Assembly: GCF_050699995.1 (NCBI RefSeq)
Contig: NZ_JBOHGC010000209.1
Location: 1,597-65,596, forward strand
Direction of reading: 5' to 3'
DNA length: 64,000 nucleotides
From: Actinokineospora sp.
Lineage (GTDB): Bacteria > Actinomycetota > Actinomycetes > Mycobacteriales > Pseudonocardiaceae
This document shows, in pieces, positions 28,301-39,230 of this stretch. The notes below the pieces were generated by a model. The model had not been told where the DNA came from. It was given only the letters and a program-made list of their open reading frames with translations, and ran no database searches. The first letter of the stretch is position 1. Every line of letters starts with the position of its first letter. Position numbers and translations under genes: made by a program.

Positions 28301-29931
28301 TCGCGGATCGCGTCCAGCGGCGGGTTCGTCACCTGGGCGAAGTTCTGCTTGAAGTAGTCATAGAGCAGCCTTGACCGCTGCGACAGCGCGGCGGGCGGGG
28401 TGTCGGTGCCCATCGACCCGATCGGCTCGGCGCCGGTGATCGCCATCGGCGTGAGGAGGATCTTCACTTCCTCCTCGGTGTAGCCGAAGGTGACCTGGCG
28501 GCGCTGCACCGACTCGTGCGTCTGCACGACGTGTTCGCGGTCGGCCAGGTCGGCGATCTTGAGCAGGCCGGCGTGCAGCCACTCCTCGTACGGGAGCTGG
28601 TCGGCCAGCTCGGACTTGACCTGGTCGTCGTCGACGATCAGGCCCGCCTCCGTGTCGACCAGGAACATCCGGCCCGGCTTGAGGCGTCCCTTGGCGACGA
28701 CCTCGCTCGGCGGCACGTCGAGCACACCCGTCTCGCTGGCCAGCACGATGCGGTCGTCCTTGGTGCGCCACCAGCGCGCCGGGCGCAGGCCGTTGCGGTC
28801 GAGCACCGCGCCGACGAGCGTGCCGTCGGTGAACGTGACGCAGGCCGGGCCGTCCCAAGACTCCATCAGGCTGTTGTGGAACTGGTAGAACGCGCGGCGC
28901 TTCGGGTCCATCGTGGCGTGGTTCTCCCACGCCTCCGGGATCATCATCAGCACCGCGTGCGGCAGCGAGCGCCCGCCGAGGTGCAGCAGCTCCAGCACCT
29001 CGTCGAAGGACGCGGAGTCCGAGCCGTTGGGGTCGACGATCGGGTAGAGCCTGGTCAGGTCGCCGGGGATGCGGTCGGACGCCAGCAGGGCCTCACGGGC
29101 GCGCATGCGGTTGCGGTTGCCGCGGACGGTGTTGATCTCCCCGTTGTGCGCGACGTAGCGGAACGGGTGCGCCAGCGGCCAGGACGGGAAGGTGTTGGTC
29201 GAGAAGCGGCTGTGCACGAGCGCGATCGCGCTGGTCAGGCGCTCGTCGCGCAGGTCGGCGAAGAACGCGGGGACCTGCGCGGTGGTCAGCATTCCCTTGT
29301 AGACCAGGGTGCGCGATGACAGCGACGGGAAGTAGATCTCGCTGCCCGCGTGCTCGACCCGCTTGCGCACGCAGAACGCGAGGCGGTCCAGCTCGATCCC
29401 GGCGGCCGCGGAGTCCTCGGACTCGGCGGCGAGGAACGGCATGGCGAAGTGGGGCATCACCGACAGCGCGGTCGGCCCCAGGCCCGCGCCCACCGGGTCG
29501 ACCGGGACGTGGCGCCAGCCCAGCACGCGAAGCCCCTCTTCGACGGCGGTGCGCTCGATCAGCTCGACGGCCTTGGCCCGGTCGTCGGCGTCGGCGGGCA
29601 GGAAGGCCAGGCCGGTGGCGTAGCGGTGGTGGCCGTGCTCGTCGGGCTCTGGCAGCTCGAACGCTGCTTCGGCGCGCAGCAACTCATCCGGCAGCTGCAC
29701 AAGGATGCCCGCGCCGTCGCCGCTGGTCGGCTCCGCGCCCGCGGCACCCCGGTGTTCGAGATTGGCCAGCGCGGTGAGGGCGTCGGTGACGATGGCGTGG
29801 GACCGGCGGCCATGGATATCGGCCACCATCGCCACGCCACAGGCGTCGCGCTCCGCCGCCGGGTCATAGAGGCCCATAGGCGAGGGGAGTGCGGAAAAGA
29901 TCATGCTGCGCCGGCCTTCCACTGTCTTCAT
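25363..29931 (-). CDS. gltB: glutamate synthase large subunit
   Basis: About 1500 aa with the N-terminal amidotransferase Cys (DACGVAMV), FMN/Fe-S central domain and C-terminal GXGXG domain. The start could instead be ATG 29904. Confidence 0.9.
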   Translation of the reverse strand: MKTVEGRRSMIFSALPSPMGLYDPAAERDACGVAMVADIHGRRSHAIVTDALTALANLEHRGAAGAEPTSGDGAGILVQLPDELLRAEAAFELPEPDEHGHHRYATGLAFLPADADDRAKAVELIERTAVEEGLRVLGWRHVPVDPVGAGLGPTALSVMPHFAMPFLAAESEDSAAAGIELDRLAFCVRKRVEHAGSEIYFPSLSSRTLVYKGMLTTAQVPAFFADLRDERLTSAIALVHSRFSTNTFPSWPLAHPFRYVAHNGEINTVRGNRNRMRAREALLASDRIPGDLTRLYPIVDPNGSDSASFDEVLELLHLGGRSLPHAVLMMIPEAWENHATMDPKRRAFYQFHNSLMESWDGPACVTFTDGTLVGAVLDRNGLRPARWWRTKDDRIVLASETGVLDVPPSEVVAKGRLKPGRMFLVDTEAGLIVDDDQVKSELADQLPYEEWLHAGLLKIADLADREHVVQTHESVQRRQVTFGYTEEEVKILLTPMAITGAEPIGSMGTDTPPAALSQRSRLLYDYFKQNFAQVTNPPLDAIREEIVTSVRRIMGPEQNLLEPGPASCRHIQLPYPVIDNDELAKLIHVNDDGDLPGYASTVLSGLYEVDGEGAALASAIERVRREASAAIEAGARILVLSDRDSDHRMAPIPSLLLVSAVHHHLVRTKERLRVALVVESGDAREVHHIALLLGYGAAAVNPYLAFETIEDLITHGAITGVEPRTAIRRYVQALVKGVLKIMSKMGISTVGAYTAAQVFESFGLAQDLLDEYFTGTLSKLGGVGLDVIAREAQSRHRRAHPENPTDRVYRRLEVGGEYAYRREGELHLFTPETVFLLQHATKTGREDVYREYSAEVDRLNREGGALRGMFALRTEGRTPIPIDEVEPVESILRRFNTGAMSYGSISAEAHETLAIAMNSIGGRSNTGEGGEDPDRLHDPRRRSAIKQVASGRFGVTSEYLVHADDIQIKMAQGAKPGEGGQLPPNKVYPWIARTRHSTAGVGLISPPPHHDIYSIEDLAQLIHDLKNANENARVHVKLVSEAGVGTVAAGVSKAHADVVLISGHDGGTGASPLNSLKHAGTPWEIGLAETQQTLMLNGLRDRITVQVDGALKNGRDVIVAALLGAEEFGFATAPLIVAGCVMMRVCHLDTCPVGVATQNPVLRKRYTGQAEHVVNYFRFVAEEVREHLAALGFRTIDDAVGHAELLDVDEAVSHWKTEGMNLAPVFEVPPVSGARRRVRAQDHGLAGALDRTIMRLAEPALEDALPVRLELPVRNVNRTVGTLLGAEITRRYGDTLSEDTVHVTLTGSAGQSLGAFLPKGITLDLVGDANDYVGKGLSGGRIIVRPHPEAPFAAERQVIAGNVIAYGATSGEVFLRGCVGERFGVRNSGAVIVAEGVGDHAFEYMTGGRAVVLGKTGRNLAAGMSGGIGYVLALDPAKVNPAMVEIQRPGFDDLRWLREIVVKHHKATGSAVAASLLGDWTRRAAAFAKVMPRDYQRVLEAMRIARVEGRDVDEAVMEASRG

Positions 29932-30109
29932 CGCGCTCAGGAGCGGTGTTCGCTTCGTTGATGGTGACTGAACGAAGCCACTCTGGCGCGGGACGGCAGC
30001 GGCCCGCGGGTCACCCGAGTTTAACAGTCCTGAAACGAGTCAGCCTGGGCACGCGGGGTAGGGCGGCCCACCGGCTGCTAGCGTCAGCGGGCCGGGCGGT
30101 TACGCCCGT

Positions 30110-30215
30110 TCGGCGGCGTGCGCGGAAAGCGAAGTCCGGTGCGAATCCGGCGCTGTCCCGCAACTGTGATGGCTCCTCGCGGAGCCGAGCCAGGTCGCCT
30201 GCCGACGCACGCCGA
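30110..30215 (+). promoter_or_regulatory. cobalamin (B12) riboswitch
   Basis: Core GGAAAGCGAAGUCCGGUGCGAAUCCGGCGCUGUCCCGCAACUGUGA plus B12 box GAGCCAGGUCGCCUGCC (30187-30203). Closing helix GGCGUGCG (30115-30122) / CGCACGCC (30206-30213). It sits upstream of a BtuF-like gene. The 5-prime boundary is approximate. Confidence 0.8.
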
Positions 30216-30307
30216 CGCCTTCCGCCCCCGGCGCAGGGGTGCGGCGTCGCGACCGCGTCGAGCGGCGGCGGCCCGTGCCCGGCCCGGCCCACGACTCGAG
30301 GTTCCTC

Positions 30308-31237
30308 ATGACCCCGCAGACCCCCAGACGCGCGCGACGTCTGGCACTCGTCCTCGCCGCGGCGCTCGCCATCGCAGGCTGCGCCACCCGCGCCGAGGAA
30401 CCCCCGCCCGCCGCACCGGCCGACGCCTTCCCGGTGACGGTGACCGCGCCGAACGGCAAGCCGCTGACGCTCGACCGCAAGCCGGAGCGGATCGTGTCGC
30501 TCTCGGCCAGTGCCACCGAGACGCTGTTCGCGATCGGCGCGGGCAAGCAGGTCGTGGCGGTCGACGAGCAGTCGACGTTCCCGGCCGAGGCGCCCAAGAC
30601 CACGCTGTCGGGCCTGACGCCGAACGTCGAGGCCATCGCGGGCCACACGCCGAACCTGGTGATCGCCTCCGGCGACGCGGGCGACATGGTCGCGGGCCTG
30701 GGCAAGCTGGGCATCCCCGTGCTGATCCTGCCCGCGGCCAAAAGCCTCGACGACGTCTACGCGCAGTTCGACCTGGTCGGCAAAGCCACCGGCAACGCGG
30801 CGCAGGGCGCGGACCTGGCGCGGCGGACGAAGGAGGACATCGAGAAGATCGTCCGCGACACGCCCAAGTCCGAGACGCCGCTGAGCTACTACCACGAACT
30901 CGACACCGACCTCTACTCCGTGACGTCGAAGACGTTCATCGGCAAGGTCTACGGCCTCTTCGGGATGACCAACATCGCCGACGCGGCCGACACCGACGCG
31001 AGCGGCTACCCGAAGCTGTCGGCGGAGTACGTGATCAAGGCCAACCCCACGCTGATCTTCCTCGGCGACACCAAGTGCTGCGGACAGACCGCGGAGACGG
31101 TGGCGCTGCGGCCCGGCTGGAACACCATCGACGCGGTGACCAAGAACCGCGTGGTCGCGCTCGACGACGACCTCGCCTCGCGCTGGGGCCCGCGGATCGT
31201 CGACCTGGTCCGCGCCGTGGCCGACGCGCTCAAGTGA
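30308..31237 (+). CDS. ABC transporter substrate-binding lipoprotein, cobalamin/siderophore (BtuF/FecB-like) class
   Basis: Lipobox LAIAGC. Periplasmic binding protein class of the iron-siderophore/B12 type. Downstream of the B12 riboswitch. Confidence 0.85.
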   Translation: MTPQTPRRARRLALVLAAALAIAGCATRAEEPPPAAPADAFPVTVTAPNGKPLTLDRKPERIVSLSASATETLFAIGAGKQVVAVDEQSTFPAEAPKTTLSGLTPNVEAIAGHTPNLVIASGDAGDMVAGLGKLGIPVLILPAAKSLDDVYAQFDLVGKATGNAAQGADLARRTKEDIEKIVRDTPKSETPLSYYHELDTDLYSVTSKTFIGKVYGLFGMTNIADAADTDASGYPKLSAEYVIKANPTLIFLGDTKCCGQTAETVALRPGWNTIDAVTKNRVVALDDDLASRWGPRIVDLVRAVADALK

Positions 31238-32259
31238 CCCGCGCGCGGCTCACCCCGGCGGTCCTGGCCACGGCGCTGCTGGTGCTGGTGGCCTCGGTCG
31301 TGGTGTCCACCCTGCTCGGCGCGGCCGGGCTGGGGTGGACGCGGGTGATCCGCGAGATCGTCGCCCAGCTCACCGGCGGTGTCTCGCCGCTGAGCGAGCG
31401 GGAAGCGGCGATCGTGTGGCAAGTGCGGTTCCCGCGCGTGCTGCAGGCCGGTCTGGTGGGGGCGGCGCTGGCTGTGTCCGGCGCCGCCTACCAGGGGGTG
31501 TTCCGCAATCCGCTGGCCGACCCGTACCTGCTGGGCGCCGCCGCGGGCGCGGGGATGGCGGCCACGCTGGTCGTCGTCACGGCACCGTCGGCGGCGGGCT
31601 GGATCATCGGGCCGCTGCCGCTCGCGGCGTTCGCGGGGGCGCTCGGCGGGGTTGGGCTGACCTGGGTGCTGGGGCGGTCCGCGGGCGGTGGCACGGCGGT
31701 CCTGCTGCTGTCGGGGATCGCCGTGGCGGCGTTCCTGACGTCGATCCAGACGTTCGCGCAGCAGCTCAACACCGACACGATCAAGCAGGTCTACACGTGG
31801 ATGCTGGGCGGGCTGAACACCAGCGGGTGGCATGAGGTGCTGCTGACGCTGCCCTACATCACCGTGTCGGCGATCGTCCTGTGCCTGTGTGGGCGGCTGC
31901 TCGACGTCCTCGCGGTCGGCGACGAGGAGGCGGCGTCGCTGGGTATCCGGCCGGGTCGGGTGCGGGTGATCGTGCTGCTCGCGGCGTCGCTGGCCACCGC
32001 GGCGGCGGTCGCGGTGAGCGGGCTCATCGGGTTCGTGGGGATCGTGGTCCCGCATGTCGTGCGGTTGCTGGCCGGGTCCAGCTATCGGGTGGTGGTGCCG
32101 CTGTCGCTGGTCGGCGGGGCGGTGTTCCTGATCGTCGCGGACCAGGTGGCCCGGACGGTCGTCGCGCCTGGCGAACTGCCGATCGGCGTGATCACCGCGT
32201 TCACCGGCGCCCCGTTCTTCCTGCTGGTGCTGCGGATGAACCGGGGGCGCGTGCGATGA
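31234..32259 (+). CDS. FecCD/BtuC-family ABC permease
   Basis: GTGA overlap with the binding-protein gene. Polytopic, Gly/Ala/Leu-rich, with an FecCD-like C-terminal motif (PIGVITAFTGAPFFLLVL). Confidence 0.85.
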   Translation: MTRARLTPAVLATALLVLVASVVVSTLLGAAGLGWTRVIREIVAQLTGGVSPLSEREAAIVWQVRFPRVLQAGLVGAALAVSGAAYQGVFRNPLADPYLLGAAAGAGMAATLVVVTAPSAAGWIIGPLPLAAFAGALGGVGLTWVLGRSAGGGTAVLLLSGIAVAAFLTSIQTFAQQLNTDTIKQVYTWMLGGLNTSGWHEVLLTLPYITVSAIVLCLCGRLLDVLAVGDEEAASLGIRPGRVRVIVLLAASLATAAAVAVSGLIGFVGIVVPHVVRLLAGSSYRVVVPLSLVGGAVFLIVADQVARTVVAPGELPIGVITAFTGAPFFLLVLRMNRGRVR

Positions 32260-33050
32260 CGCTGGTGCTTCGCGATGTCACCGCCGGGTACGGCGGTCGG
32301 CCCGCAGTGTCGGGGGTGACGGTCGAGGTGCCGGCGGGCAGCTGGCTGGCCGTCATCGGACCGAACGGGGCAGGCAAGTCAACGCTGCTCAAGTCCATCG
32401 CCGGGCTGGTGCCCAGCCAGGGCGTGATCACCCTGGGCGGGCACGCAACGTCGTCGATGCCCGCGCGCGACCGGGCACGCGCGATCGGGTACGCGCCGCA
32501 GACGCCGTTGATCCCGGAGGGGCTGTCGGTCACCGACTACGTGTTGCTCGGGCGGACACCGCATCTGGCGACCCTGGCCCGTGAAGGCCCGCGCGACCTG
32601 GCTGTGGTCACCCAGGTACTGGCCCGGCTCGATCTGTCGGAGCTGGCTGGGCGGCGGCTGCGGACGCTGTCCGGCGGCGAACGGCAGCGGGCGGTGCTGG
32701 CCAGGGTGTTGGCGCAGGAGGCGGGCCTGCTTCTGCTGGACGAGCCGACCGCGGGCCTGGACATCGGGCACGCGCAATCCCTGCTGGAACTCGTCGACCG
32801 GTTGCGCGCGGAGGACGGCGCCACGGTGGTCAGCACCCTGCACGACCTGCCCCTCGCCGCCCAGTACCCCGACCGGCTCCTGCTGCTGGACGCGGGCGCC
32901 CCGGTGGCGGCTGGGACGCCGCACGAGGTTCTCCGCGCGGACCTGATCGCCCAGCACTACGACGCCAAGGTCGAAGTGTTATCCACAGGCCAAGGTCATC
33001 CCGTGGTGGTGCCGGCACGTTCCGTGACACACTTTCGCCATGGGGAATAA
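32256..33050 (+). CDS. ABC transporter ATP-binding protein (BtuD/FecE-like)
   Basis: ATGA overlap. Walker A GPNGAGKST, signature LSGGERQR, Walker B LLLLDEP. Confidence 0.85.
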   Translation: MTLVLRDVTAGYGGRPAVSGVTVEVPAGSWLAVIGPNGAGKSTLLKSIAGLVPSQGVITLGGHATSSMPARDRARAIGYAPQTPLIPEGLSVTDYVLLGRTPHLATLAREGPRDLAVVTQVLARLDLSELAGRRLRTLSGGERQRAVLARVLAQEAGLLLLDEPTAGLDIGHAQSLLELVDRLRAEDGATVVSTLHDLPLAAQYPDRLLLLDAGAPVAAGTPHEVLRADLIAQHYDAKVEVLSTGQGHPVVVPARSVTHFRHGE

Positions 33051-33591
33051 GCGGCTGGGGGCCGCGCTCGCAGTGATCATCGGCGTCTTGGTGGCCGCCG
33101 TCGGACTGTGGGCGTGGGCAGGCGGAACACCGACCCAGGCGGGCTCCGACGGCCCACCTTCATCGACTTCCGCACCCAAGACCACCACAGATCCGGTGGC
33201 GAGCCGGACGCCTGGCGGCGTGCCGTACCAGGGTGACGGTCCGCCGAACTGGGTCGACAACTGAGGCCACCTGCAGCCACGGGACCTGACACCGGAAGCC
33301 CGCGCCCTGCTCGAGACCAAGGCTGTCGAGGTCCAAACGGCACTCGACCGTCTGCGCGCCCCGGAGTTACCGCGCGCGGCGGCGGTCGAGGAGGCCCTGG
33401 TCGCCCTCGGCTACCCCGCCGACTCGGTCTTCGCCGAAGACGTCGCGGCGTCGTCGGACCAGCGGGCGGTCGTCTTCGGCATCTCGACCTCCGGGGGCTG
33501 CGTCAAGGGATCGGTGCTGACCACGCAGACGCGGGTCGAGGTGGACGGACTGATCCCCGAATGGGGATGCCGCACCCCAACGACCCACTGA
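33040..33591 (+). pseudogene. membrane-anchored secreted protein interrupted by an in-frame TGA at 33262-33264
   Basis: The track ORF 33040-33264 (TM anchor plus Pro/Thr linker) continues in the same frame for 108 more codons, with very high third-position GC (GHLQPRDLTPEARALLETKAVEVQ...GLIPEWGCRTPTTH), to TGA 33589-33591. Confidence 0.5.
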
Positions 33592-33709
33592 CGGTGGCCA
33601 CGCGGGTTCCGCACGCGGTGCCTCGCCCCGGCCACCGAGTCACGGTGGTGCTCCCCCGGCCGCTGAGTCTGGGTGGCGGTCCCGGTCCTTGCTGCCTCTC
33701 ATCACAACC

Positions 33710-33762
33710 AGCTGTACCCAGCCATCAGGTTGGTAGCAGGCGGCTGATGGGTGGGTACAGCT
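33710..33762. repeat. 19-bp inverted repeat (AGCTGTACCCAGCCATCAG / CTGATGGGTGGGTACAGCT), 15-nt spacer
   Basis: Read directly; one mismatch in 19. Intergenic between the interrupted gene and lgt. Confidence 0.5.
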
Positions 33763-33766
33763 AGAA

Positions 33767-33798
33767 CCGCCCCCACCCGGCTGAGCGGGTGAGGGCGG
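33767..33798. terminator. GC-rich hairpin between convergent genes (candidate bidirectional terminator)
   Basis: CCGCCCCCACCCG / CGGGTGAGGGCGG pairs 12 of 13 bp with a 6-nt loop. It lies 28 nt from the lgt stop. Confidence 0.45.
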
Positions 33799-33825
33799 CG
33801 CTTCGGTGCTTCGAGGCGGCGGCGG

Positions 33826-34971
33826 TCAGCTGGTGGGCTTGGCCTCGTTGCCGGACTTCGCGGCCCCGGTGGTCTCGGGGGTCTCGGGGGTCTCGTCGGC
33901 CGGTGCGGCAGTGTCGTTCGCGGCCGTGCTGTCGGTGTCCGGCTTGGCGGTGTCCGGGGTGTCGGTGTCCGGGGTGTCCGCGGCCTCGTCGACGCGCTCG
34001 GAGTCGACGGGTTCGACGGCGTCGAGGTCGGTGTCCTCGTCGATCACGGTGACCGGTTCACCGTCGATGGCGTCCACTGTGGACAGCTCTTCGCGGGGGC
34101 CGCGGCGGCGGGCGATGATGATGTAGGCGATGGCGCCGACGAACAGCACGGCTGAGGTGAAGACGTTGATGCGCAGGCCGAGCACCTGGGTGGCCGGGTC
34201 GGTCCGCATCATCTCGATGACCCCGCGGCCCACGGTGTAGCCGGCGACGTACACGGCGAAGGCGCGGCCGTGGCCGAGGCGGAACTTGCGGTCCGCCCAC
34301 ACGACTAGCAGCGCGACGAGGAGGTTCCAGATCAGTTCGTAAAGGAACGTCGGGTGCACCGGGCTGCCGTCGACCAGCGTGTGGCTGGCCTCCGCGACAC
34401 CGTTGAGCGGGTCCTCGACGCCGAACTCGTTGAAGCGGCGGTAGATCTCCAGGCCCCAGGGCAGGTCCGTCGGACCGCCGTACAGTTCCTGGTTGAAGTA
34501 GTTGCCGATCCGGCCGATGGCCTGCGCGGTGACGATGCCGGGTGCGACGGAGTCGGCGAAGACGGGCAGTGGCACACCCTTGCGCCTGCAGCCGATCCAC
34601 GCACCGACGCCGCCGAGGGCGATGGCACCCCAGATGCCAAGACCACCGTCCCAGATGCGCAGCGCGTCGAGCGGGTTCTTGCCCTCACCGAAGTACCGGT
34701 AGTAGTCCGTCGCGACGTGGTAAAGCCTGCCGCCGACCAGGCCGAACGGGACGGCCCACACGGCCACGTCGATGACCGTGCCGGGGGCGCCGCCGCGGGC
34801 GATCAGCCGCCGCTCCCCCCACCAGATCGCGACGACGATGCCCACGATGATGCACAGGGCATAGGCCCGCAGCGGGAGCGTGATGAACCCGAGGTCGAGT
34901 TTCCACACGCCTTGGTCGGGGCTGGGGATGTTCGCCAGGATCAGGCTGGAAGCGCTTGTCACGGGGCACAC
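33826..34971 (-). CDS. lgt: prolipoprotein diacylglyceryl transferase with acidic Thr/Pro-rich C-terminal tail
   Basis: Lgt motifs are present (LRAYALCIIVG, GGRLYHV, WDGGLGIWGA, GRIGNYFNQELYG). The tail is DTPDTDTPDTAKPDTD...ETPETPET. Confidence 0.9.
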   Translation of the reverse strand: MCPVTSASSLILANIPSPDQGVWKLDLGFITLPLRAYALCIIVGIVVAIWWGERRLIARGGAPGTVIDVAVWAVPFGLVGGRLYHVATDYYRYFGEGKNPLDALRIWDGGLGIWGAIALGGVGAWIGCRRKGVPLPVFADSVAPGIVTAQAIGRIGNYFNQELYGGPTDLPWGLEIYRRFNEFGVEDPLNGVAEASHTLVDGSPVHPTFLYELIWNLLVALLVVWADRKFRLGHGRAFAVYVAGYTVGRGVIEMMRTDPATQVLGLRINVFTSAVLFVGAIAYIIIARRRGPREELSTVDAIDGEPVTVIDEDTDLDAVEPVDSERVDEAADTPDTDTPDTAKPDTDSTAANDTAAPADETPETPETTGAAKSGNEAKPTS

Positions 34972-35064
34972 GGTAACGGCTCGCCGTCACCTCGGCGTGA
35001 AGAGGTGGCACCCAGGCCGTCGGCGCGCCACAATGCGCGCACCAGCAGTGCCAGGAGGCAGACG

Positions 35065-35631
35065 ATGCCCAGCGTCGAAGAGAACCTCAACCAGTGGTCG
35101 AACCACGAATGGTCCTCGGGCGGTGACGAGTGGTCGGTCGGCTATGGCGGCACCGAGGCGATGTGGACGTGGACGATCCGCCCTCGCATCGGCCCGTTCC
35201 TGCCCGCCGGGCACATCCTTGAGATCGCCCCCGGATTCGGGCGCGCCACCCAGTACCTGGCGCCGTCGTGCAACCGCCTGACCGTGGTGGGCCTGACCCA
35301 GCGGTGCATCGACGCCTGCAAGAAGCGCTTCGCCGACCTCGACCACATCGAGTACCACGTCAACGACGGCTTGTCCCTCGACATGGTCGAGAACGACTCG
35401 GTCGACTTCGTGTTCAGCTGGGACTCGCTGATCCACGTCGAGGAAGACGTCATCCGCGGCTACCTGGCCCAACTGGCCAAGAAGCTGGTCCCCGGCGGCA
35501 CGGGCTTCCTGCACCACTCGAACATGGCCGCCTACCGCGGCGCAGACGGCGAACTCACCTTCTTCACCGATGTGCAGAAGCGTCAGGCCACGCAGATCCG
35601 CGAGATCACCCGGCCATACCGAGTGGCCTGA
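35065..35631 (+). CDS. class I SAM-dependent methyltransferase
   Basis: AGGAGG precedes ATG 35065. Motif I is ILEIAPGFGRAT and the post-I region is DFVFSWDSLIHV. The upstream part of track ORF 34354 is antisense to lgt. Confidence 0.75.
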   Translation: MPSVEENLNQWSNHEWSSGGDEWSVGYGGTEAMWTWTIRPRIGPFLPAGHILEIAPGFGRATQYLAPSCNRLTVVGLTQRCIDACKKRFADLDHIEYHVNDGLSLDMVENDSVDFVFSWDSLIHVEEDVIRGYLAQLAKKLVPGGTGFLHHSNMAAYRGADGELTFFTDVQKRQATQIREITRPYRVA

Positions 35632-36195
35632 TCAAGCCAGCGCGATATCGGCGGTGAATGGCTCACCGAACCGCAGCTTGCCCGCCCTGCTCACCGCGAT
35701 CTCGACGTAGTCCGCCCCGTCGAGACGAAACAACATCGCAGTGGCGGGGCGCGGGACCGGATCGACAAGCAGGTAGTAGCGAATACCCGCTTCGGCGTAG
35801 AGAGTCCGCTTAAGTGCCTTGTCATGCGAACGTGAGGATGGAGAGATCACTTCGACCACAAGGAGAATGTCGTCGGCCTTGTAGTACAGCGTGTCGACAT
35901 CTGGGGTCTTGATGACAGCCACGTCAGGAATCAGCAGTCGCTCGGAGCTGAGGACGACGTTGACCCCGGCGAGGATCTCCAGGTGTTCGGGGAGATCGGC
36001 TTCAAGGCCGATGTCGACTCGGCGCTGGACGCGTTGATGCCGCGAATCCGGCGCGGGGCTCACGTGGAGCGACCCATCGATGAGCTCGATCCGCTGACCG
36101 TGATCTTCGGGCATGGCGAGGATGTCCTCGAGCGTCCACGGCTGCGGATGCCAGGGCATGCGCGGTTGTTCTTCGGGCGTGACGGGCATGGCCAC
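35632..36195 (-). CDS. Uma2-family (DUF820) PD-(D/E)xK-like putative endonuclease
   Basis: The pattern IELIDGSL...P...H, PDVAV and VVEVISPSSRSHDKALKRTLYAEAGIRYYLLVDP is typical of Uma2. Confidence 0.8.
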   Translation of the reverse strand: MAMPVTPEEQPRMPWHPQPWTLEDILAMPEDHGQRIELIDGSLHVSPAPDSRHQRVQRRVDIGLEADLPEHLEILAGVNVVLSSERLLIPDVAVIKTPDVDTLYYKADDILLVVEVISPSSRSHDKALKRTLYAEAGIRYYLLVDPVPRPATAMLFRLDGADYVEIAVSRAGKLRFGEPFTADIALA

Positions 36196-36328
36196 GTCGA
36201 GTCACCTCCGGGGTTCGCCCAACTGTCACCAGTGTGACATGCCGGACCTGAGCAGATGGCGTGCATGACACCAGCTTGATCAGCACCACCGACAGAAACA
36301 GGCCCTGGGAGGGCTCCGACCTGGAGAT

Positions 36329-37119
36329 TCACCCGATGGGGGTCGGCGCCTTCCGGACGCCCGCCGCCAGCTCCGTGGCCAGCTCACGGACCGAGTCGAC
36401 GCCGGAGGCGGCGCGGGTGACGAAGGCGGAGCCGACGATCACCGCGTCCGCGAACGCCGCGACCTCCGCGGCCTGTGGGCCCGAGCGGACACCCAGGCCG
36501 ACCGCGACCGGCAGGGCCGTGTGCGCGCGGGTGCGGGCAACCAGCCCCTCCGCGGCCGAGCCGACCGCGTCGCGGGCGCCGGTGACGCCCATGACGGCCG
36601 TGGCGTAGACGAAGCCGGACGACGCCTTCACGGTGCTCGCGATCCGCTCGTCCGACGACGACGGCGCGACCAGGAAGATCCGGTCCAAGCCGTGCTCGGT
36701 GGACGCGGCCATCCAGTCGGCGGCCTCGTCCGGGATCAGGTCCGGGGTGATGATGCCCAGACCACCGGCCGCGGCGAGGTCACGGGAGAAGGCGTCGACC
36801 CCGTACTTGTACACCGGGTTCCAGTACGTCATCACGACGGCCTTGCCCCCGTGCGCCGACACCGCCTCGACCACGCGGAACACATCGCGCAGGCGGAAGC
36901 CGTTGCTGAGGGCCTCGACGGCGGCGGCCTGGATGACCGGGCCGTCCATCACCGGGTCGGAATACGGGACGCCGACCTCGACCAGGTCGCAGCCGGCGTC
37001 GATCATGCCCTTGAGCAGCTCGATCGAGGCGTCGACGGTCGGGTATCCGGCGGGCAGGTAGCCCACCAGGGCGGCGCGGCCCTCGGCCCGGGTGCCCTCG
37101 AACAGTGTGGCCAGGCCCA

Positions 37120-37120
<1 letters not shown>
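36329..37120 (-). CDS. trpA: tryptophan synthase alpha chain
   Basis: GYLPAGYP, VEVGVPYSDPVMDGPVIQ. ATGA overlap with trpB. Confidence 0.9.
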
Positions 37121-38420
<1,300 letters not shown>

Positions 38421-38424
<4 letters not shown>

Positions 38425-39230
38425 CGACTCGGCCTCGGGCAGGCGGGGTGGGAACCGGCGGTGACCAGCTGGATGAGCGCGGCGCGCGGGTCGTCGGTGG
38501 CGAGGAGGCCCTCGCCGACCAGCACCGCGTCGGCACCGGCCCCGGCGTAGGTCATCAGGTCGCTCGGGCCGCGGACACCGGACTCGGCGATCTTGACGAT
38601 GCCCGAGGGCAGTCCCGGCGCGAGCCTGCCGAAGACGTCGCGGTCGACTTCGAGTGTGTGCAGGTCACGGGCGTTGACGCCGATCACCTTGGCACCTGCT
38701 TCCAGGGCGCGGTCGGCTTCTTCGGCGGTGTGCACCTCGACCAGCGCGGTCATGCCGAGCGACTCGACGCGGTCGAGCAGCGACGCCAGCGCGTTCTGTT
38801 CGAGCGCCGCGACGATGAGCAGCACCAGGTCGGCGCCGTGCGCGCGGGCCTCGTGCACCTGGTAGGGGCTGACGATGAAGTCCTTGCGCAGCACCGGAAT
38901 GTCCACGACGGCACGCACGGCGTCGAGGTCGGCGAGGGAGCCGCCGAAGCGCCGCTGCTCGGTGAGGACGCTGATGACCCGGGCGCCCGCCTCGGCGTAG
39001 TCCTTGGCCAGCGCGGCGGGATCGGCGATGGCCGCCAGGTCACCCTTGGAGGGGCTGCGCCGCTTGACTTCGGCGATCACACCCACATCCGAACCGCGCA
39101 ACGCGCTCATCGCGTCCCTGGGGGCGGGCGCCTTCGCCGCCAACTCCTTGATGACGTCGAACGGAATCGCCGCCTCGCGAACGGCAAGGTCCTCCCGGAC
39201 ACCGTCGACGATCGATTCGAGGATGCTCAC
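38421..39230 (-). CDS. trpC: indole-3-glycerol phosphate synthase
   Basis: [32 protein letters not shown]. Confidence 0.9.

Noticed and set aside
30118-32259. 713-aa ORF that appears to be one giant protein spanning the riboswitch, the binding-protein gene and the permease.
   Set aside because: Only the last about 341 codons (from GTG 31234) look like a protein, namely an FecCD permease. The upstream part is an out-of-frame reading of the riboswitch and the binding-protein gene. The same logic trims track ORFs 42815-44197 (hisF), 34354-35631 (methyltransferase), 42881-44287 (TetR), 45893-47215 and 55020-56432 (hisB).
33262-33264. In-frame TGA as a selenocysteine codon.
   Set aside because: No obvious SECIS-like stem-loop lies immediately downstream. 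The flanking residues (VDN_GHL) do not resemble a redox Cys/Sec motif. No sel genes are in the window. Nonsense mutation, base-call error or readthrough are more economical explanations.
33880-34010. Short tandem DNA repeats (GGGGGTCTC, GGTGTCCGGGGTGTC) that could suggest a repeat array.
   Set aside because: They lie inside the lgt reading frame and encode its acidic ETPETPET / DTPDTDTPDT tail. There are no spacers and no CRISPR-like periodicity.
35065-36195. Methyltransferase + Uma2 endonuclease-fold pair as a restriction-modification system.
   Set aside because: The methyltransferase has only generic class I SAM motifs and no DPPY/NPPY-type or cytosine-C5 DNA methyltransferase motifs. The genes are convergent rather than co-oriented. 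Uma2 proteins are not established restriction enzymes.
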